A stretch of DNA of 64,000 nt. Origin: an uncultured Candidatus Saccharibacteria bacterium. GTDB lineage: Bacteria; Patescibacteriota; Minisyncoccia; Phycocordibacterales; PALSA-1337. The stretch lies in the NCBI GenBank assembly GCA_964495685.1, contig CAZBVQ010000003.1, forward strand, positions 4,824 through 68,823, given 5' to 3'. This document shows positions 18,092 through 27,463 of this stretch, piece by piece (position 1 is the first letter of the stretch; each line of letters opens with the position of its first letter). The position numbers and the translations under genes are program-made. The notes beneath the pieces are model-generated. The model saw nothing but the letters and a program-made list of their open reading frames with translations, did not search any database and was not told where the DNA came from.

Positions 18092-18541
18092 ATGAAAATT
18101 ATTATTGTCCCCGTCGGTAAGGAGCGTGATTTCTCGGCCAATGACTTGGTCGGTGAGTATTCGTTGCGTATCGGTCACTATATGCCCATCGAATGGAAAT
18201 ACATTCCTGCCTCTACCAGTGCCGAAGAGGCCGCCAAGATACACAAGCTTATCGATGAATATGGCTCAGGGACACAGGTGATGATGCTCGACGAGAAGGG
18301 TAAAGAGTATTCATCTGTCGAGTTTGCGGGCTTCATGCAGAAGCGTCTCAATGAAGGTGTACGTACGCTCATCATCTTGATTGGCGGAGCGTACGGTTTC
18401 GATCAGTCTGTCCGTGAGCGTGCTACGTCGATGCTGGCTCTCTCACGTCTGACCTTCCCGCATCAGCTGGTCCGTCTCATTCTTGCTGAGCAGCTCTATC
18501 GCGTCTGTACCATCATCAAAGGGGAGAAGTATCATCATTAA
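18092..18541 (+). CDS. rlmH: 23S rRNA (pseudouridine1915-N3)-methyltransferase RlmH (SPOUT)
   Basis: C-terminal LSRLTFPHQLVRLILAEQLYRVCTIIKGEKYHH is the RlmH signature. Confidence 0.85.
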   Translation: MKIIIVPVGKERDFSANDLVGEYSLRIGHYMPIEWKYIPASTSAEEAAKIHKLIDEYGSGTQVMMLDEKGKEYSSVEFAGFMQKRLNEGVRTLIILIGGAYGFDQSVRERATSMLALSRLTFPHQLVRLILAEQLYRVCTIIKGEKYHH

Positions 18542-18554
18542 ATCAAAGGTTAAC

Positions 18555-19589
18555 ATGTCAGACTACGACTACGTATTACCACCAGAATTGGTAGCTCACG
18601 AACCAGTCACTCCACGTGATTCGTCGCGTCTGCTGGTCTACAGTACTGCGACGAATGAAGTATTTATCGACACCTTCAATCATCTGGCCCGATACATTCC
18701 TGCTGATTCGCTCATGGTGCTCAACGATACGCGAGTTGTCCCTGCACGACTCGAATGTACCAAAATGACGGGTGGCACGGTGCGGATCCTGTTTCTATTC
18801 AATGAATGGGATCGAAAGGTTCCGATCCGTGGCTTACCTGATCGAGGTATCAAGATCGGTGACACACTCTATGTCCGACAACGACCGATCGTGCGTGCTA
18901 TAGCACAACATAATGAAGAGTTCACATTTGAATTGATCGTTTCTCCGTCAGAATTTGAGGGGCTCTGTCATGATCGGGGGACGACGCCGTTGCCGCCCTA
19001 TATTCATTCGACATTGTCTGAAGCGGAGTCACGTATCCGGTATCAGACAGTATTTGCTGACAAGCCTGCTTCAGTCGCTGCGCCGACGGCCTCGCTCCAT
19101 TTCACCGAGAATGTATTCCGTTCCTTGGCTGAGAAGGGGATCGATCGTACTTACCTAACACTCCATGTTGGTCGCGGCACCTTCGCGCCAGTATCTCTGA
19201 ATGCGTTGGCGAGCGGCCGACTCCATACAGAGCCCATATCTATTTCTGCAGAATCAGCAAAGAAAATATCTTCTGCACAGAAGAGTGGACGAACTATAGT
19301 CGCTGTAGGTACGACGGCGATGCGTTCACTCGAGTCGGCGCAGGAATACGTCACGCAAGGGAAGGGCTATGATGGCGACACGTCTCTATTTATCAAACCA
19401 CCCTATACATTCAAGGTGGCCAATGCACTCATCACTAATTTCCATATTTCGAATACCTCATTACTCATGTTGGTCGATGCATTCTTGCAATCGAAGGGGG
19501 CCAAACGTAGCTGGCGTGATATATATGATATTGCTATCAAAGAAAAGTTCAGATTTTACTCATTCGGTGATGCGATGTTACTTATCTGA
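18555..19589 (+). CDS. queA: S-adenosylmethionine:tRNA ribosyltransferase-isomerase
   Basis: YDYVLPPELVAHEPVTPRDSSRLLV N-terminus and overall length are typical of QueA. Confidence 0.9.
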   Translation: MSDYDYVLPPELVAHEPVTPRDSSRLLVYSTATNEVFIDTFNHLARYIPADSLMVLNDTRVVPARLECTKMTGGTVRILFLFNEWDRKVPIRGLPDRGIKIGDTLYVRQRPIVRAIAQHNEEFTFELIVSPSEFEGLCHDRGTTPLPPYIHSTLSEAESRIRYQTVFADKPASVAAPTASLHFTENVFRSLAEKGIDRTYLTLHVGRGTFAPVSLNALASGRLHTEPISISAESAKKISSAQKSGRTIVAVGTTAMRSLESAQEYVTQGKGYDGDTSLFIKPPYTFKVANALITNFHISNTSLLMLVDAFLQSKGAKRSWRDIYDIAIKEKFRFYSFGDAMLLI

Positions 19590-19697
19590 GGCGCACCGAA
19601 GCATGTGTCGCACTCAGGCGGAAAGGTTGATTCGTGGTATGCCGATATGAGTAGTCGATCGGTTTCCACCTGAGTGCGGCACATGCTTCGGTGCGCC
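19590..19697. repeat. 108-bp hairpin element: 32-bp inverted repeats (2 mismatches) around a 44-nt loop
   Basis: ggcgcaccgaagcatgtgtcgcactcaggcgg ... ccacctgagtgcggcacatgcttcggtgcgcc. Lies immediately after the queA stop. Confidence 0.7.
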
Positions 19698-19727
19698 GTA
19701 TTGGTCAACGATGTAAAATATGCAATA

Positions 19728-20396
19728 ATGACTGCCATGAATACAAAACGCATTATTTTCTGGCTTATTTTCCTCGTGATACTCGGTCTCATCGTTTGGG
19801 GGCTCTCTGTGGCCATGAACAGGCAGCAGGGCGGCGTTCCCAAGCTCGGTTCTCCATCTCCCGTGACTGTTGACGATCATGTTCGTGGTCCTGCTGATGC
19901 ACCTGTCACCATTATTGAATATAGCGATTTCCAGTGTCCGGCATGTGCCGCTTATAATCCGTTGGTCGAGAAGCTGATCAGCGAATCGACATCGACCGTT
20001 CGCTTCGTCTACCGTCATTTCCCACTCTATCCATTGCCTCACAAGAATGCGGTAGTTGCTGCTCAAGCCGCCGAAGCTGCTGGTATGCAGGGTAAATTCT
20101 GGGACATGGGCCGACTCCTCTTCGTCAATCAGCTCGCTTGGGAAGCTTCAGACAAGCCCGAATCTATATTCGAAGAATACGCACAGCGTATTGGCCTCGA
20201 TATTGCATTGTACAAGAAAGACTTTGCTGCTGATGCTACCAAAGCTCGTGTGCAGCGTGATCGTGATGAAGGAGATACACTCGGTATCAATGCCACCCCG
20301 ACATTCTTCGTGAACGGTAAGGCGATCGTTAATCCAAATGGCTATGAAGCATTTAAAGCACTTGTGGACGCAGCCGCTCGCGGCGGTGCCCAATAA
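19728..20396 (+). CDS. DsbA-family thiol:disulfide oxidoreductase (CPAC active site), TM-anchored
   Basis: IIEYSDFQCPACAAYNPLVEKL thioredoxin-fold motif. Confidence 0.8.
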   Translation: MTAMNTKRIIFWLIFLVILGLIVWGLSVAMNRQQGGVPKLGSPSPVTVDDHVRGPADAPVTIIEYSDFQCPACAAYNPLVEKLISESTSTVRFVYRHFPLYPLPHKNAVVAAQAAEAAGMQGKFWDMGRLLFVNQLAWEASDKPESIFEEYAQRIGLDIALYKKDFAADATKARVQRDRDEGDTLGINATPTFFVNGKAIVNPNGYEAFKALVDAAARGGAQ

Positions 20397-20823
20397 ACTC
20401 GTCATATTCCTACTCATCGTCGCACTTCTTGGGTTTGCCGATGCGACGTATCTGACCATCGAGCACTATCAGGGTGTGATTCCTCCGTGCACCACCAATG
20501 GCTGTGATACGGTCCTGACGAGTACGTATTCGACCGCTGCAGGAATACCCGTTTCGCTACTGGGTGCTCTGTATTACCTCCTTGTTTTGGTGGGTGTGTT
20601 CGCCTATCTCGAATCCAAGAATACCAAGATACTCAAATGGGCACTCCTGTTTACCATCTTCGGTTTGTTGGGCTCACTGTGGTTCTTGTATGTCCAAGCA
20701 TTCATTCTCAATGCATACTGCCAGTACTGTCTTGGATCAGCGGCAACATCGATTGTTTTGTTTATTACAGCAGCTGTTACGTTGAAGAAGTATCAGGTCG
20801 GTGAATCGGGCACGCAGTTGTAA
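20338..20823 (+). CDS. vitamin K epoxide reductase (VKOR) family membrane protein, partner of DsbA
   Basis: PPCTTNGCDTVLTSTYS...GIPVSLLGALYY and the CQYC motif. Overlaps the 3' end of the DsbA gene by ~60 nt. Confidence 0.75.
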   Translation: MAMKHLKHLWTQPLAAVPNKLVIFLLIVALLGFADATYLTIEHYQGVIPPCTTNGCDTVLTSTYSTAAGIPVSLLGALYYLLVLVGVFAYLESKNTKILKWALLFTIFGLLGSLWFLYVQAFILNAYCQYCLGSAATSIVLFITAAVTLKKYQVGESGTQL

Positions 20824-20882
20824 TGTGTCATTCCTTCTTCGCGGGGATGACAAAGACCCTGATTACAGGGTAGACTTCTTCT

Positions 20883-21833
20883 ATGAGCAAAATTTCCAAC
20901 ATTCTCATCGCCGAACCGTCATCGGATTATGTACTCCTCGACTCTGGCGACGGCGAGAAGTTGGAACGATTCGGGCGTGTCGTACTATCTCGTCCTGACC
21001 CTCAAGCACTGTGGGCCAAGAAATTATCGGCCGCCGAATGGAAAAAGGCAGACGGACATTTCTCTCGTGAAGAAAGTGGTGGCAAATGGTCGCTCAAGTC
21101 ACACGTGCTCGCCAAGTGGCAGATATCATTCGGGGGATTGTCGTTCTGGATCAAGCCGACGGCATTCAAGCACACAGGGTTGTTTCCAGAGCAGGTGGTG
21201 AATTGGGAGTGGATGGAGAAGCAAATCAAAAATCAATTCCGTCCCCAAGCTGATGTCCCACGGAGCGGGTTACCGGAGGGACTGCAGCTCCCGCGGAGTG
21301 GGATTTCAGTTGGGGACGGAATTGAAGTTCTAAATTTGTTTGGGTATACGGGGGGTGCTACGTTGGCGTGTGCCAAGGCGGGAGCGAAAGTGGTGCATAT
21401 CGATAGTTCCAAGGCGGCGGTCAACTGGGCACGCGAGAATGCCGAGGCATCCGGATTGGCTGATGCGCCCATCCGCTGGATCATCGATGACGCTCGTGTA
21501 TTCGTCGAGCGTGAGATCAAGAGGGGTAGGAAATATCACGGTATCATCATGGATCCGCCGGCATTCGGCCACGGTCCGACCAGCGAACTCTGGAGAATCG
21601 AAGAACATTTCTTGAAATTGGTGGAGGATTGCAAGAAGTTGCTTGCAGACAAGCCGATCTTCTTCTTGATCAACGGATATTCTGCAGGATATTCAGCGGT
21701 CGCCTATGAAAATATGATGAGTGACCTGGTCTCGAAGTATGGAGGCGAGATTGAGATAGGGGAACTTACGATTGAAGAAGAAAAGGTGGGAAGATTACTC
21801 CCGGCAGGCATCTTCGCGAGGTGGTCGGCCTAA
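20883..21833 (+). CDS. class I SAM-dependent RNA methyltransferase (RlmI/YccW-like)
   Basis: LNLFGYTGGATLACAKAGAKVVHIDSSKAAV...GIIMDPPAFG matches the RlmI-type SAM-binding and DPPxF motifs. Confidence 0.6.
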   Translation: MSKISNILIAEPSSDYVLLDSGDGEKLERFGRVVLSRPDPQALWAKKLSAAEWKKADGHFSREESGGKWSLKSHVLAKWQISFGGLSFWIKPTAFKHTGLFPEQVVNWEWMEKQIKNQFRPQADVPRSGLPEGLQLPRSGISVGDGIEVLNLFGYTGGATLACAKAGAKVVHIDSSKAAVNWARENAEASGLADAPIRWIIDDARVFVEREIKRGRKYHGIIMDPPAFGHGPTSELWRIEEHFLKLVEDCKKLLADKPIFFLINGYSAGYSAVAYENMMSDLVSKYGGEIEIGELTIEEEKVGRLLPAGIFARWSA

Positions 21834-21852
21834 TTCTAGGCCCGGCCTAGAA
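21834..21852. promoter_or_regulatory. 19-bp palindrome TTCTAGGCC-C-GGCCTAGAA (copy 1 of 3)
   Basis: Follows the MTase stop directly and lies 20 nt upstream of the leaderless folD start. The same motif occurs at 34820-34836 and 48315-48333. Confidence 0.6.
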
Positions 21853-21871
21853 CCTATGCTATATTCTCCCT

Positions 21872-22705
21872 ATGTCAGCTACTATTCTCTCTGGTCGTAT
21901 TGCCCGTGAAGCCCGTACGGCGACTCTGGTCGAACGGGTCAAGAAACTTGGGTACGCTCCCAAGCTCGCCATCATTCAAGTCGGTGATCGGCCTGATTCG
22001 ACGGCCTATATCAATGCCAAGAAATCATTCGCGGCAAAAATCGGTGTCGATATTATCCACAGACATGAGGCTGAACAGGTGACGCAAACGGCACTTATTT
22101 CGATCGTCCAAGAATGTAACAAGGACGCGTCAATCCAAGGGATCATCATGCAACTCCCATTACCGAGCCACATCGACACCGTTTCTATCATCGAAGCGAT
22201 CGATCCACACAAAGATGTAGACGGACTGACCACGACCAACTATCAGAAAATGATTCTCCATGAATCGGGGGCTATCATTCCTGCCACGGCGCGTGGCGTG
22301 TTCGAATTGTTCAGATATTACTCGATCAATGTGTCAGGTAAGAATGTGGTGGTCGTCGGACGTTCACGTCTGGTCGGTACACCAATCGCTGTATTGGCCA
22401 AACAGGCAGGTGCCCAGGTGGTCATCTGTCATAGCAAAACACCAGACATTGCAGCTGAGACCAAGAAAGCAGACATAGTCATAGTTGCTGCAGGCAAACC
22501 CAAACTGATCGGTGCTGACCATATTAAACAGGGTGCCATCGTGATCGATATTGGTATAACCAAAATGCCTGACGGTACTATCCAGGGAGACGTCGATCAT
22601 GCGACGGTCGACACCAAGGCCTCGCTCATCACTCCAACCATAGGCGGTGTCGGTCCCATGACCGTTCTTGGCCTTTTCGAGAATGTGCTCGACGCATGTA
22701 AGTAA
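21872..22705 (+). CDS. folD: bifunctional 5,10-methylene-THF dehydrogenase/cyclohydrolase
   Basis: ILSGRIAREA...AIIQVGDRPDSTAYINAKKS and overall architecture. Confidence 0.9.
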   Translation: MSATILSGRIAREARTATLVERVKKLGYAPKLAIIQVGDRPDSTAYINAKKSFAAKIGVDIIHRHEAEQVTQTALISIVQECNKDASIQGIIMQLPLPSHIDTVSIIEAIDPHKDVDGLTTTNYQKMILHESGAIIPATARGVFELFRYYSINVSGKNVVVVGRSRLVGTPIAVLAKQAGAQVVICHSKTPDIAAETKKADIVIVAAGKPKLIGADHIKQGAIVIDIGITKMPDGTIQGDVDHATVDTKASLITPTIGGVGPMTVLGLFENVLDACK

Positions 22706-22782
22706 TCGACTTCTCTTGCGTCTACTACAGGAAAGACGATATGATTCCTGTATAGTTTTTATTAGTAAATAAATTACATTAC

Positions 22783-23574
22783 ATGAATATTCCTGCAAAA
22801 TTGTGGTCAACAATCATTGGGGCGGTCGGTGTGCTCACCATCCTGCTCGCGGTGTTGGCCATCAAAGGTATCCGTGAGATTGGGTATGTCGGCAAGGACA
22901 ATCCTGTTTATAATAGTATTTCAGTCAACGGCAAAGGGGAGGCTATCACCATTCCTGACGTAGCTACTTTCTCATTCACGGTGAATGAGACAGCAAAGAC
23001 GGTGGTCGATGCTCAGACCAAGGCTACCGACAAGACGAATGCTGCCCTCAAGGCGGTTAAGGATGCCGGTATTGCCGAGAAAGATATCAAGACGACAGCA
23101 TACTCGATCAATCCCCATTACGATTACACCAATGGTGAGTGTAATAGCTATCGATGCGCACCCGGCAAATCGACATTGACTGGATATGATGTCAGTCAGT
23201 CTGTCGAGGTGAAGATTCGTGATTTGACCAAGGCCGGAAGTATTTTCACAAGTATTGGCAGTATTGATGTGCAGAACGTGAATGGCCTTTCATTCTCGAT
23301 CGATGACATTGAGAAAGTCAAAGCCGAAGCTCGAGCAAAAGCTATTGCCGACGCACAGACCAAGGCCCAGGAACTTGCAAAACAGCTTGGCGTTCGTCTG
23401 GTGAAGATTACCAGCTTCTATGATTCAAGTGATCAACCAGTATTCTATGGTCGAGGCGAAGGTATGGGCGGTGATGCTGTGTCTATCAAGACCATGGCTG
23501 CGGTTGCGCCTAATATTCCGACAGGGGAGCAGAAGGTTACGAGTAATGTAACTATTAGTTACGAGATCAAGTAA
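22783..23574 (+). CDS. SIMPL/DUF541 periplasmic protein (TM-anchored)
   Basis: SINPHYDYTNG...GYDVSQSVEVKIRDLTKAGSIF matches the 26-kDa periplasmic immunogenic protein family. Confidence 0.75.
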   Translation: MNIPAKLWSTIIGAVGVLTILLAVLAIKGIREIGYVGKDNPVYNSISVNGKGEAITIPDVATFSFTVNETAKTVVDAQTKATDKTNAALKAVKDAGIAEKDIKTTAYSINPHYDYTNGECNSYRCAPGKSTLTGYDVSQSVEVKIRDLTKAGSIFTSIGSIDVQNVNGLSFSIDDIEKVKAEARAKAIADAQTKAQELAKQLGVRLVKITSFYDSSDQPVFYGRGEGMGGDAVSIKTMAAVAPNIPTGEQKVTSNVTISYEIK

Positions 23575-23593
23575 CTATTCTCATGTTAGAACC

Positions 23594-23626
23594 AAAAACC
23601 GTACGCTCAGGGCGTACGGTTTTTGG
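23594..23626 (+). terminator. rho-independent terminator
   Basis: aaaaaccgtacgctcagggcgtacggttttt. Confidence 0.65.
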
Positions 23627-23712
23627 ACCAGTTGACTTCATTCGACCAATCCTGTATTATATTGTCTATCACTACCCCCGCAGGGGTTTTTTAATAGAAG
23701 AAGTATACCCAT

Positions 23713-23889
23713 ATGAAACTCTCTGAATACGTCAAAGATACACGTGCTGAAATGGCCCACGTCAATTGGCCGAGCCGTCAACAGACCGTGCGATTCACCG
23801 TTCTGGTGATCATTGTCTCTGTCATTGTGGCCGCACTCCTTGGTCTCTCGGATTTCGTATTCTCCAAGTTGCTCACACTTCTTTTCTAG
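23713..23889 (+). CDS. secE: preprotein translocase subunit SecE (58 aa; absent from the ORF track because <60 aa)
   Basis: MKLSEYVKDTRAEMAHVNWPSRQQTVRFTVLVIIVSVIVAALLGLSDFVFSKLLTLLF. Single TM helix. Sits immediately upstream of nusG-rplK. Confidence 0.75.
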   Translation: MKLSEYVKDTRAEMAHVNWPSRQQTVRFTVLVIIVSVIVAALLGLSDFVFSKLLTLLF

Positions 23890-23911
23890 TTTCTAATCTT
23901 CACTTACAACC

Positions 23912-24457
23912 ATGTCCAAACAACTCAACACAGGTGAGCGCAATTGGTACGCGATCCATACCTATGCAGGGTATGAGAATGCTGTTGCCCGCAATCTCAA
24001 GCAACGTATCGAATCTCTCGGCATGGAGGACAAGATTTTTGCCGTAATTGTGCCTACTGAAAAGAAGATTAAGGTCAAAGGTGGCAAGCGTGTAGAAGAG
24101 GAAGAGAAGATTTATCCAGGATACGTGCTTGTCGACATGATCGTGACTGACGATTCGTGGTACGTCGTACGCAACACGCCACGTGTGACTGGTTTCGTCG
24201 GTGCGGGTGTCTCTCCAGTGCCTCTTGAGCAGAAAGAGGTAGATTCGTTGTTCGCACGTATGAATCAGGGCAACACCCAGCACTCGATCGACCTCTCGAC
24301 AGGGGATCTTATCAAGGTCGCCGATGGTCCATTCAAGGACTTTGAAGGCAAAGTATCTGAGGTCGACACTGAACGTGGCAAAGTCAAGGTGCTGGTATCG
24401 ATGTTCGGTCGTGAGACACCAGTCGAGCTCGATTTCTTGCAAGTAAAGAAGGTTTAA
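23912..24457 (+). CDS. nusG: transcription antitermination factor NusG
   Basis: WYAIHTYAGYENAV...PGYVLVDM...KOW region GDLIKVADGPFKDFEGKV. Confidence 0.9.
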   Translation: MSKQLNTGERNWYAIHTYAGYENAVARNLKQRIESLGMEDKIFAVIVPTEKKIKVKGGKRVEEEEKIYPGYVLVDMIVTDDSWYVVRNTPRVTGFVGAGVSPVPLEQKEVDSLFARMNQGNTQHSIDLSTGDLIKVADGPFKDFEGKVSEVDTERGKVKVLVSMFGRETPVELDFLQVKKV

Positions 24458-24477
24458 TGTAGTATCCAATAACCACT

Positions 24478-24900
24478 ATGGCAAAAAAGATTGTAAAAAA
24501 GGTAAAGGTCATCGCTCCGGCAGGTAAGGCAACTCCTGCTCCACCACTTGGTCCGACCCTCGGTCAGGCCGGTGTTAACATTGGTGATTTCACCAAGAAA
24601 TTCAATGATGCCACCAAGGGCATGATGGGCGACATGATCCCGGTTCTTATTACGGTATACGAGGATCGCACCTATGATTTCAAGCTCAAGACTCCTCCAG
24701 CTTCAAGTCTCATCTTGAAAGCTATCGGCAAAGAGAAGGGTTCGGGCAAGCCGAATACCAGCAAGGTAGGCACAATTACCAAGGCACAGATCAGGGCAAT
24801 CGCTGAGAAGAAAATGCCGGATCTCAATGCAAATGATGTCGATGCTGCAGCCAAGATTATTGCGGGTACGGCGAGACAGATGGGTGTCGATGTGAAATAA
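24478..24900 (+). CDS. rplK: 50S ribosomal protein L11
   Basis: [34 protein letters not shown] is diagnostic. Confidence 0.95.
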   Translation: MAKKIVKKVKVIAPAGKATPAPPLGPTLGQAGVNIGDFTKKFNDATKGMMGDMIPVLITVYEDRTYDFKLKTPPASSLILKAIGKEKGSGKPNTSKVGTITKAQIRAIAEKKMPDLNANDVDAAAKIIAGTARQMGVDVK

Positions 24901-24914
24901 CATACACTACAGAA

Positions 24915-24941
24915 CAAAAAATGGGCTTCGGCCCATTTTTT
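24915..24941 (+). terminator. rho-independent terminator after rplK (no rplA follows)
   Basis: aaaaaatgggcttcggcccatttttt. Confidence 0.7.
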
Positions 24942-24992
24942 GTTGAGAGGGGTTGATTTTCGGTGGGGAAGTGGTAGGGTGTTGGGTGAATT

Positions 24993-25367
24993 ATGAACCT
25001 ATATGTCATTGAATGGTCGACCGAGCGACGACCAGAAATCAAACGCTTGTGTCGTCTGTTGGGTAAGATTCCGGGCCTGAATCTTGTCGCCACAAAAGAA
25101 AAAGCTGAAGTGGCCCTTGTGGTTCTCGATGAAAGTGGTACTGGTGGGGTGTTCGATGCCCTAGATCACTTCCGAGAAAATCGTCCCGTATGGTGTCTCT
25201 GTCCGCACCAGGCTGAATTGAACAGCAACCTCGCTGCCCGGCTCCACAAACAGGAATCGAATCACGCTAGCCCACTTCTGGCTGTCCTCAGATTTGAATT
25301 TATTCCGGAAGCGGCAAAAATCGTCAAAGGACTTGTTGTTCTGAATCGGAGGCTAGGGTCTGTATAG
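24993..25367 (+). CDS. hypothetical protein
   Basis: 124-aa ORF. No motif recognised. Confidence 0.4.
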   Translation: MNLYVIEWSTERRPEIKRLCRLLGKIPGLNLVATKEKAEVALVVLDESGTGGVFDALDHFRENRPVWCLCPHQAELNSNLAARLHKQESNHASPLLAVLRFEFIPEAAKIVKGLVVLNRRLGSV

Positions 25368-25431
25368 CTGCTGTCCAGTTTCAGGATCAATTTCACGCCA
25401 AGGCGACCCCTTGGCTTTTTTGTACTCGAAT

Positions 25432-25947
25432 TTACTGCGTAGCTGGTGTGCCACTGTGGTCGACTTTGTATTCCAGAAGAAGTGTCCCTGTCTCTGATTG
25501 CGCGGTACTTACGAGAGTGAGTTTGTGGGTTAGGTCTTCAGTGAATAGTGATATACCTTTGCCAAACACGAGAGGCTCAATGGTTAGGAACAGTCGGTCG
25601 ACGACATTGGCCTTCATGAACATGGTGTAAATTTTGGAGCCGCCGCAGATGGCGACTTCTTTGAAACCGCGACTTTCAAGTTCAGCCAGTAAATCGACAG
25701 GAGATTTTTGCGTTGTCTCAGCACCTTCGAATTTCTTGTCACGGGTATAGACGATGTTGATGCGTTCCTTGAGTGGGCGGGGGAGTGTGGCGTACGTGGT
25801 CGAACCCATAACAACTACACCAGCACGCTTGGTCAGCTCCACGAAACGTTTCTTGTCCTCTTTGCTGGTCCAGAAAGCCGAATGTTTCTCATCGCGTGCG
25901 ATGAATCCATCGGCGGTAACGGCGGCTATGATGTATGCGCGAATCAT
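25432..25947 (-). CDS. dihydrofolate reductase-family protein (RibD C-terminal/DHFR-like)
   Basis: MIRAYIIAAVTADGFIARDEKHSAFWTSKEDKKRFVELTKRAGVVVMGSTTY pattern. Last gene of the thyA-dcd operon. Confidence 0.6.
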   Translation of the reverse strand: MIRAYIIAAVTADGFIARDEKHSAFWTSKEDKKRFVELTKRAGVVVMGSTTYATLPRPLKERINIVYTRDKKFEGAETTQKSPVDLLAELESRGFKEVAICGGSKIYTMFMKANVVDRLFLTIEPLVFGKGISLFTEDLTHKLTLVSTAQSETGTLLLEYKVDHSGTPATQ

Positions 25948-25953
25948 GGATTA

Positions 25954-26586
25954 CTACTGTACTTTGAACTGTTCCTTGAGTGTCTTGATATCACCCTTGG
26001 CGAGCAGATCTACTTCTTCTTTCTTCTCCATCTGCACTCCCTCGATAATATCTTTTTGGTGATACTTACTCGGGCGCGGCGTGACCGGATGTTTGAGCTC
26101 TTCGAATGCGACTTGGCAGAGACGTTCTCCAGGATAGAGACGGATGGCTTGTGAGCGGGTATTGTTGCGGATAGGGAGAATAAGCTGACCTTCATAGCCT
26201 GCATCGATCACGCCAGTGAGGTCGAGCGATAAGCCCTTGCGGTTGGTAGATGAGCGAGGGTAGAGGACTGCCATAAGGTCGGTAGGCATTTTGATGGCCT
26301 CGAGAGTGGAAACAAGGATGTATTCTTGCGGCAGGAGCTCGAAATATTGGCCCTGCTCGAGTTCGACAACCTCGAAATATTCATGGTTGCGCTTGTCGAA
26401 GTGGGTAATATCGAGTGACTCACGACCCTTGGCAGTCATGTGCCACATCTTGGGGATCATGAACGTGAAGCCGAGACGTAGATCAACGGAGTGTTCTTGG
26501 AGCTGGAATTTGTCGAGGTTTGGCTTGAAGCTGAGTGAGCCTGAAGTGACGCGTTCGAGGATATCAATTTTAGTTATTATAGACAT
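25954..26586 (-). CDS. dcd: dCTP deaminase family (Dcd; possibly bifunctional dCTP deaminase/dUTPase)
   Basis: Motifs DLRLG, YPRSSTNRKGL, IDAGYEGQLIL, CQVAF. Confidence 0.85.
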   Translation of the reverse strand: MSIITKIDILERVTSGSLSFKPNLDKFQLQEHSVDLRLGFTFMIPKMWHMTAKGRESLDITHFDKRNHEYFEVVELEQGQYFELLPQEYILVSTLEAIKMPTDLMAVLYPRSSTNRKGLSLDLTGVIDAGYEGQLILPIRNNTRSQAIRLYPGERLCQVAFEELKHPVTPRPSKYHQKDIIEGVQMEKKEEVDLLAKGDIKTLKEQFKVQ

Positions 26587-26626
26587 GAGGGTAAATCAAA
26601 ACGTAAAAATCAAAATTCAAAAATAA

Positions 26627-27463
26627 TCACAACGCAATCTTGAGGCCAGTGATGGCATCCATGGGATTATACTGCTTCGTGAGGTTTTCTACCACTTGGT
26701 CAGCAAACTCTTTGTCCATCTTTTCGGCTTTCTCGAATGCATTATCAGGGAGCTCGAGTCGGACTGGTGCATGTTCATGCTCACGACGCATGATTTCTTC
26801 GGCGCCAGCATAGTGGTTGCTATAAATGTGGGCATTTGAAATAGAGTGAGAGTAAATACCTGGTCTGACTCCCAATTTTTGGGCAAGGATACATTGGAGG
26901 AGCGCAAATCCGGCGACATCAGCAGGGGTGCCGAGTATGACGTCGTTTGAGCGAACAATATTGTGTAGATGGAGACGTCCCCCGATGATGTTGACCGTGA
27001 ATGTGTAGGGACACGGCACGTTCTTCTTTTTTGCTAGGGACAAGCCATCTTGGGCAGGATCCCATGTCACGATGACGCCCTGTCGTGAGCTCGGTTCTTT
27101 CTGGAGAAGGTCGATGAGTAGGGCGATTTGATCACGACCAAAATGCTTGCGCCAGCGATATCCGTAGGCGACTGTCACTACGTCGTTGGGGTTGGTGAAA
27201 AGATCCCAGATCTTGGTGTAATCGCGCAAAAAAATCTCAGGCTTGCGTGCACCAGAGAGAAACCAGACTTGCTCTGCGACGAACATCTTGATGGGAATTT
27301 TGCGGAGTGTGAGGATAGGGAAGCCGTCCTTCTCAATGTCGGTGGTGAAATGCATACCAGGAATGGCCTTTGTGTCATAGCCAGTGCGCTCACTGAACTC
27401 ATGAATGCCGGTGGTCATAATATCACTCACCATCTTTTTGTATATCTCGTCAAACGTTGTCAT
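26627..27463 (-). CDS. thymidylate synthase (ThyA) family enzyme with Asp at the Asn177-equivalent substrate-specificity position (predicted pyrimidine-C5 (hydroxy)methylase acting on dCMP)
   Basis: VWFLSG, catalytic Cys in VPCPYTF (aligns to PCH), RSNDVILGTPADVAGFALL (aligns to RSCDVFLGLPFNIASYALL), HIYSNH. Asp182 codon at 26918-26920. Confidence 0.8.
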   Translation of the reverse strand: MTTFDEIYKKMVSDIMTTGIHEFSERTGYDTKAIPGMHFTTDIEKDGFPILTLRKIPIKMFVAEQVWFLSGARKPEIFLRDYTKIWDLFTNPNDVVTVAYGYRWRKHFGRDQIALLIDLLQKEPSSRQGVIVTWDPAQDGLSLAKKKNVPCPYTFTVNIIGGRLHLHNIVRSNDVILGTPADVAGFALLQCILAQKLGVRPGIYSHSISNAHIYSNHYAGAEEIMRREHEHAPVRLELPDNAFEKAEKMDKEFADQVVENLTKQYNPMDAITGLKIAL

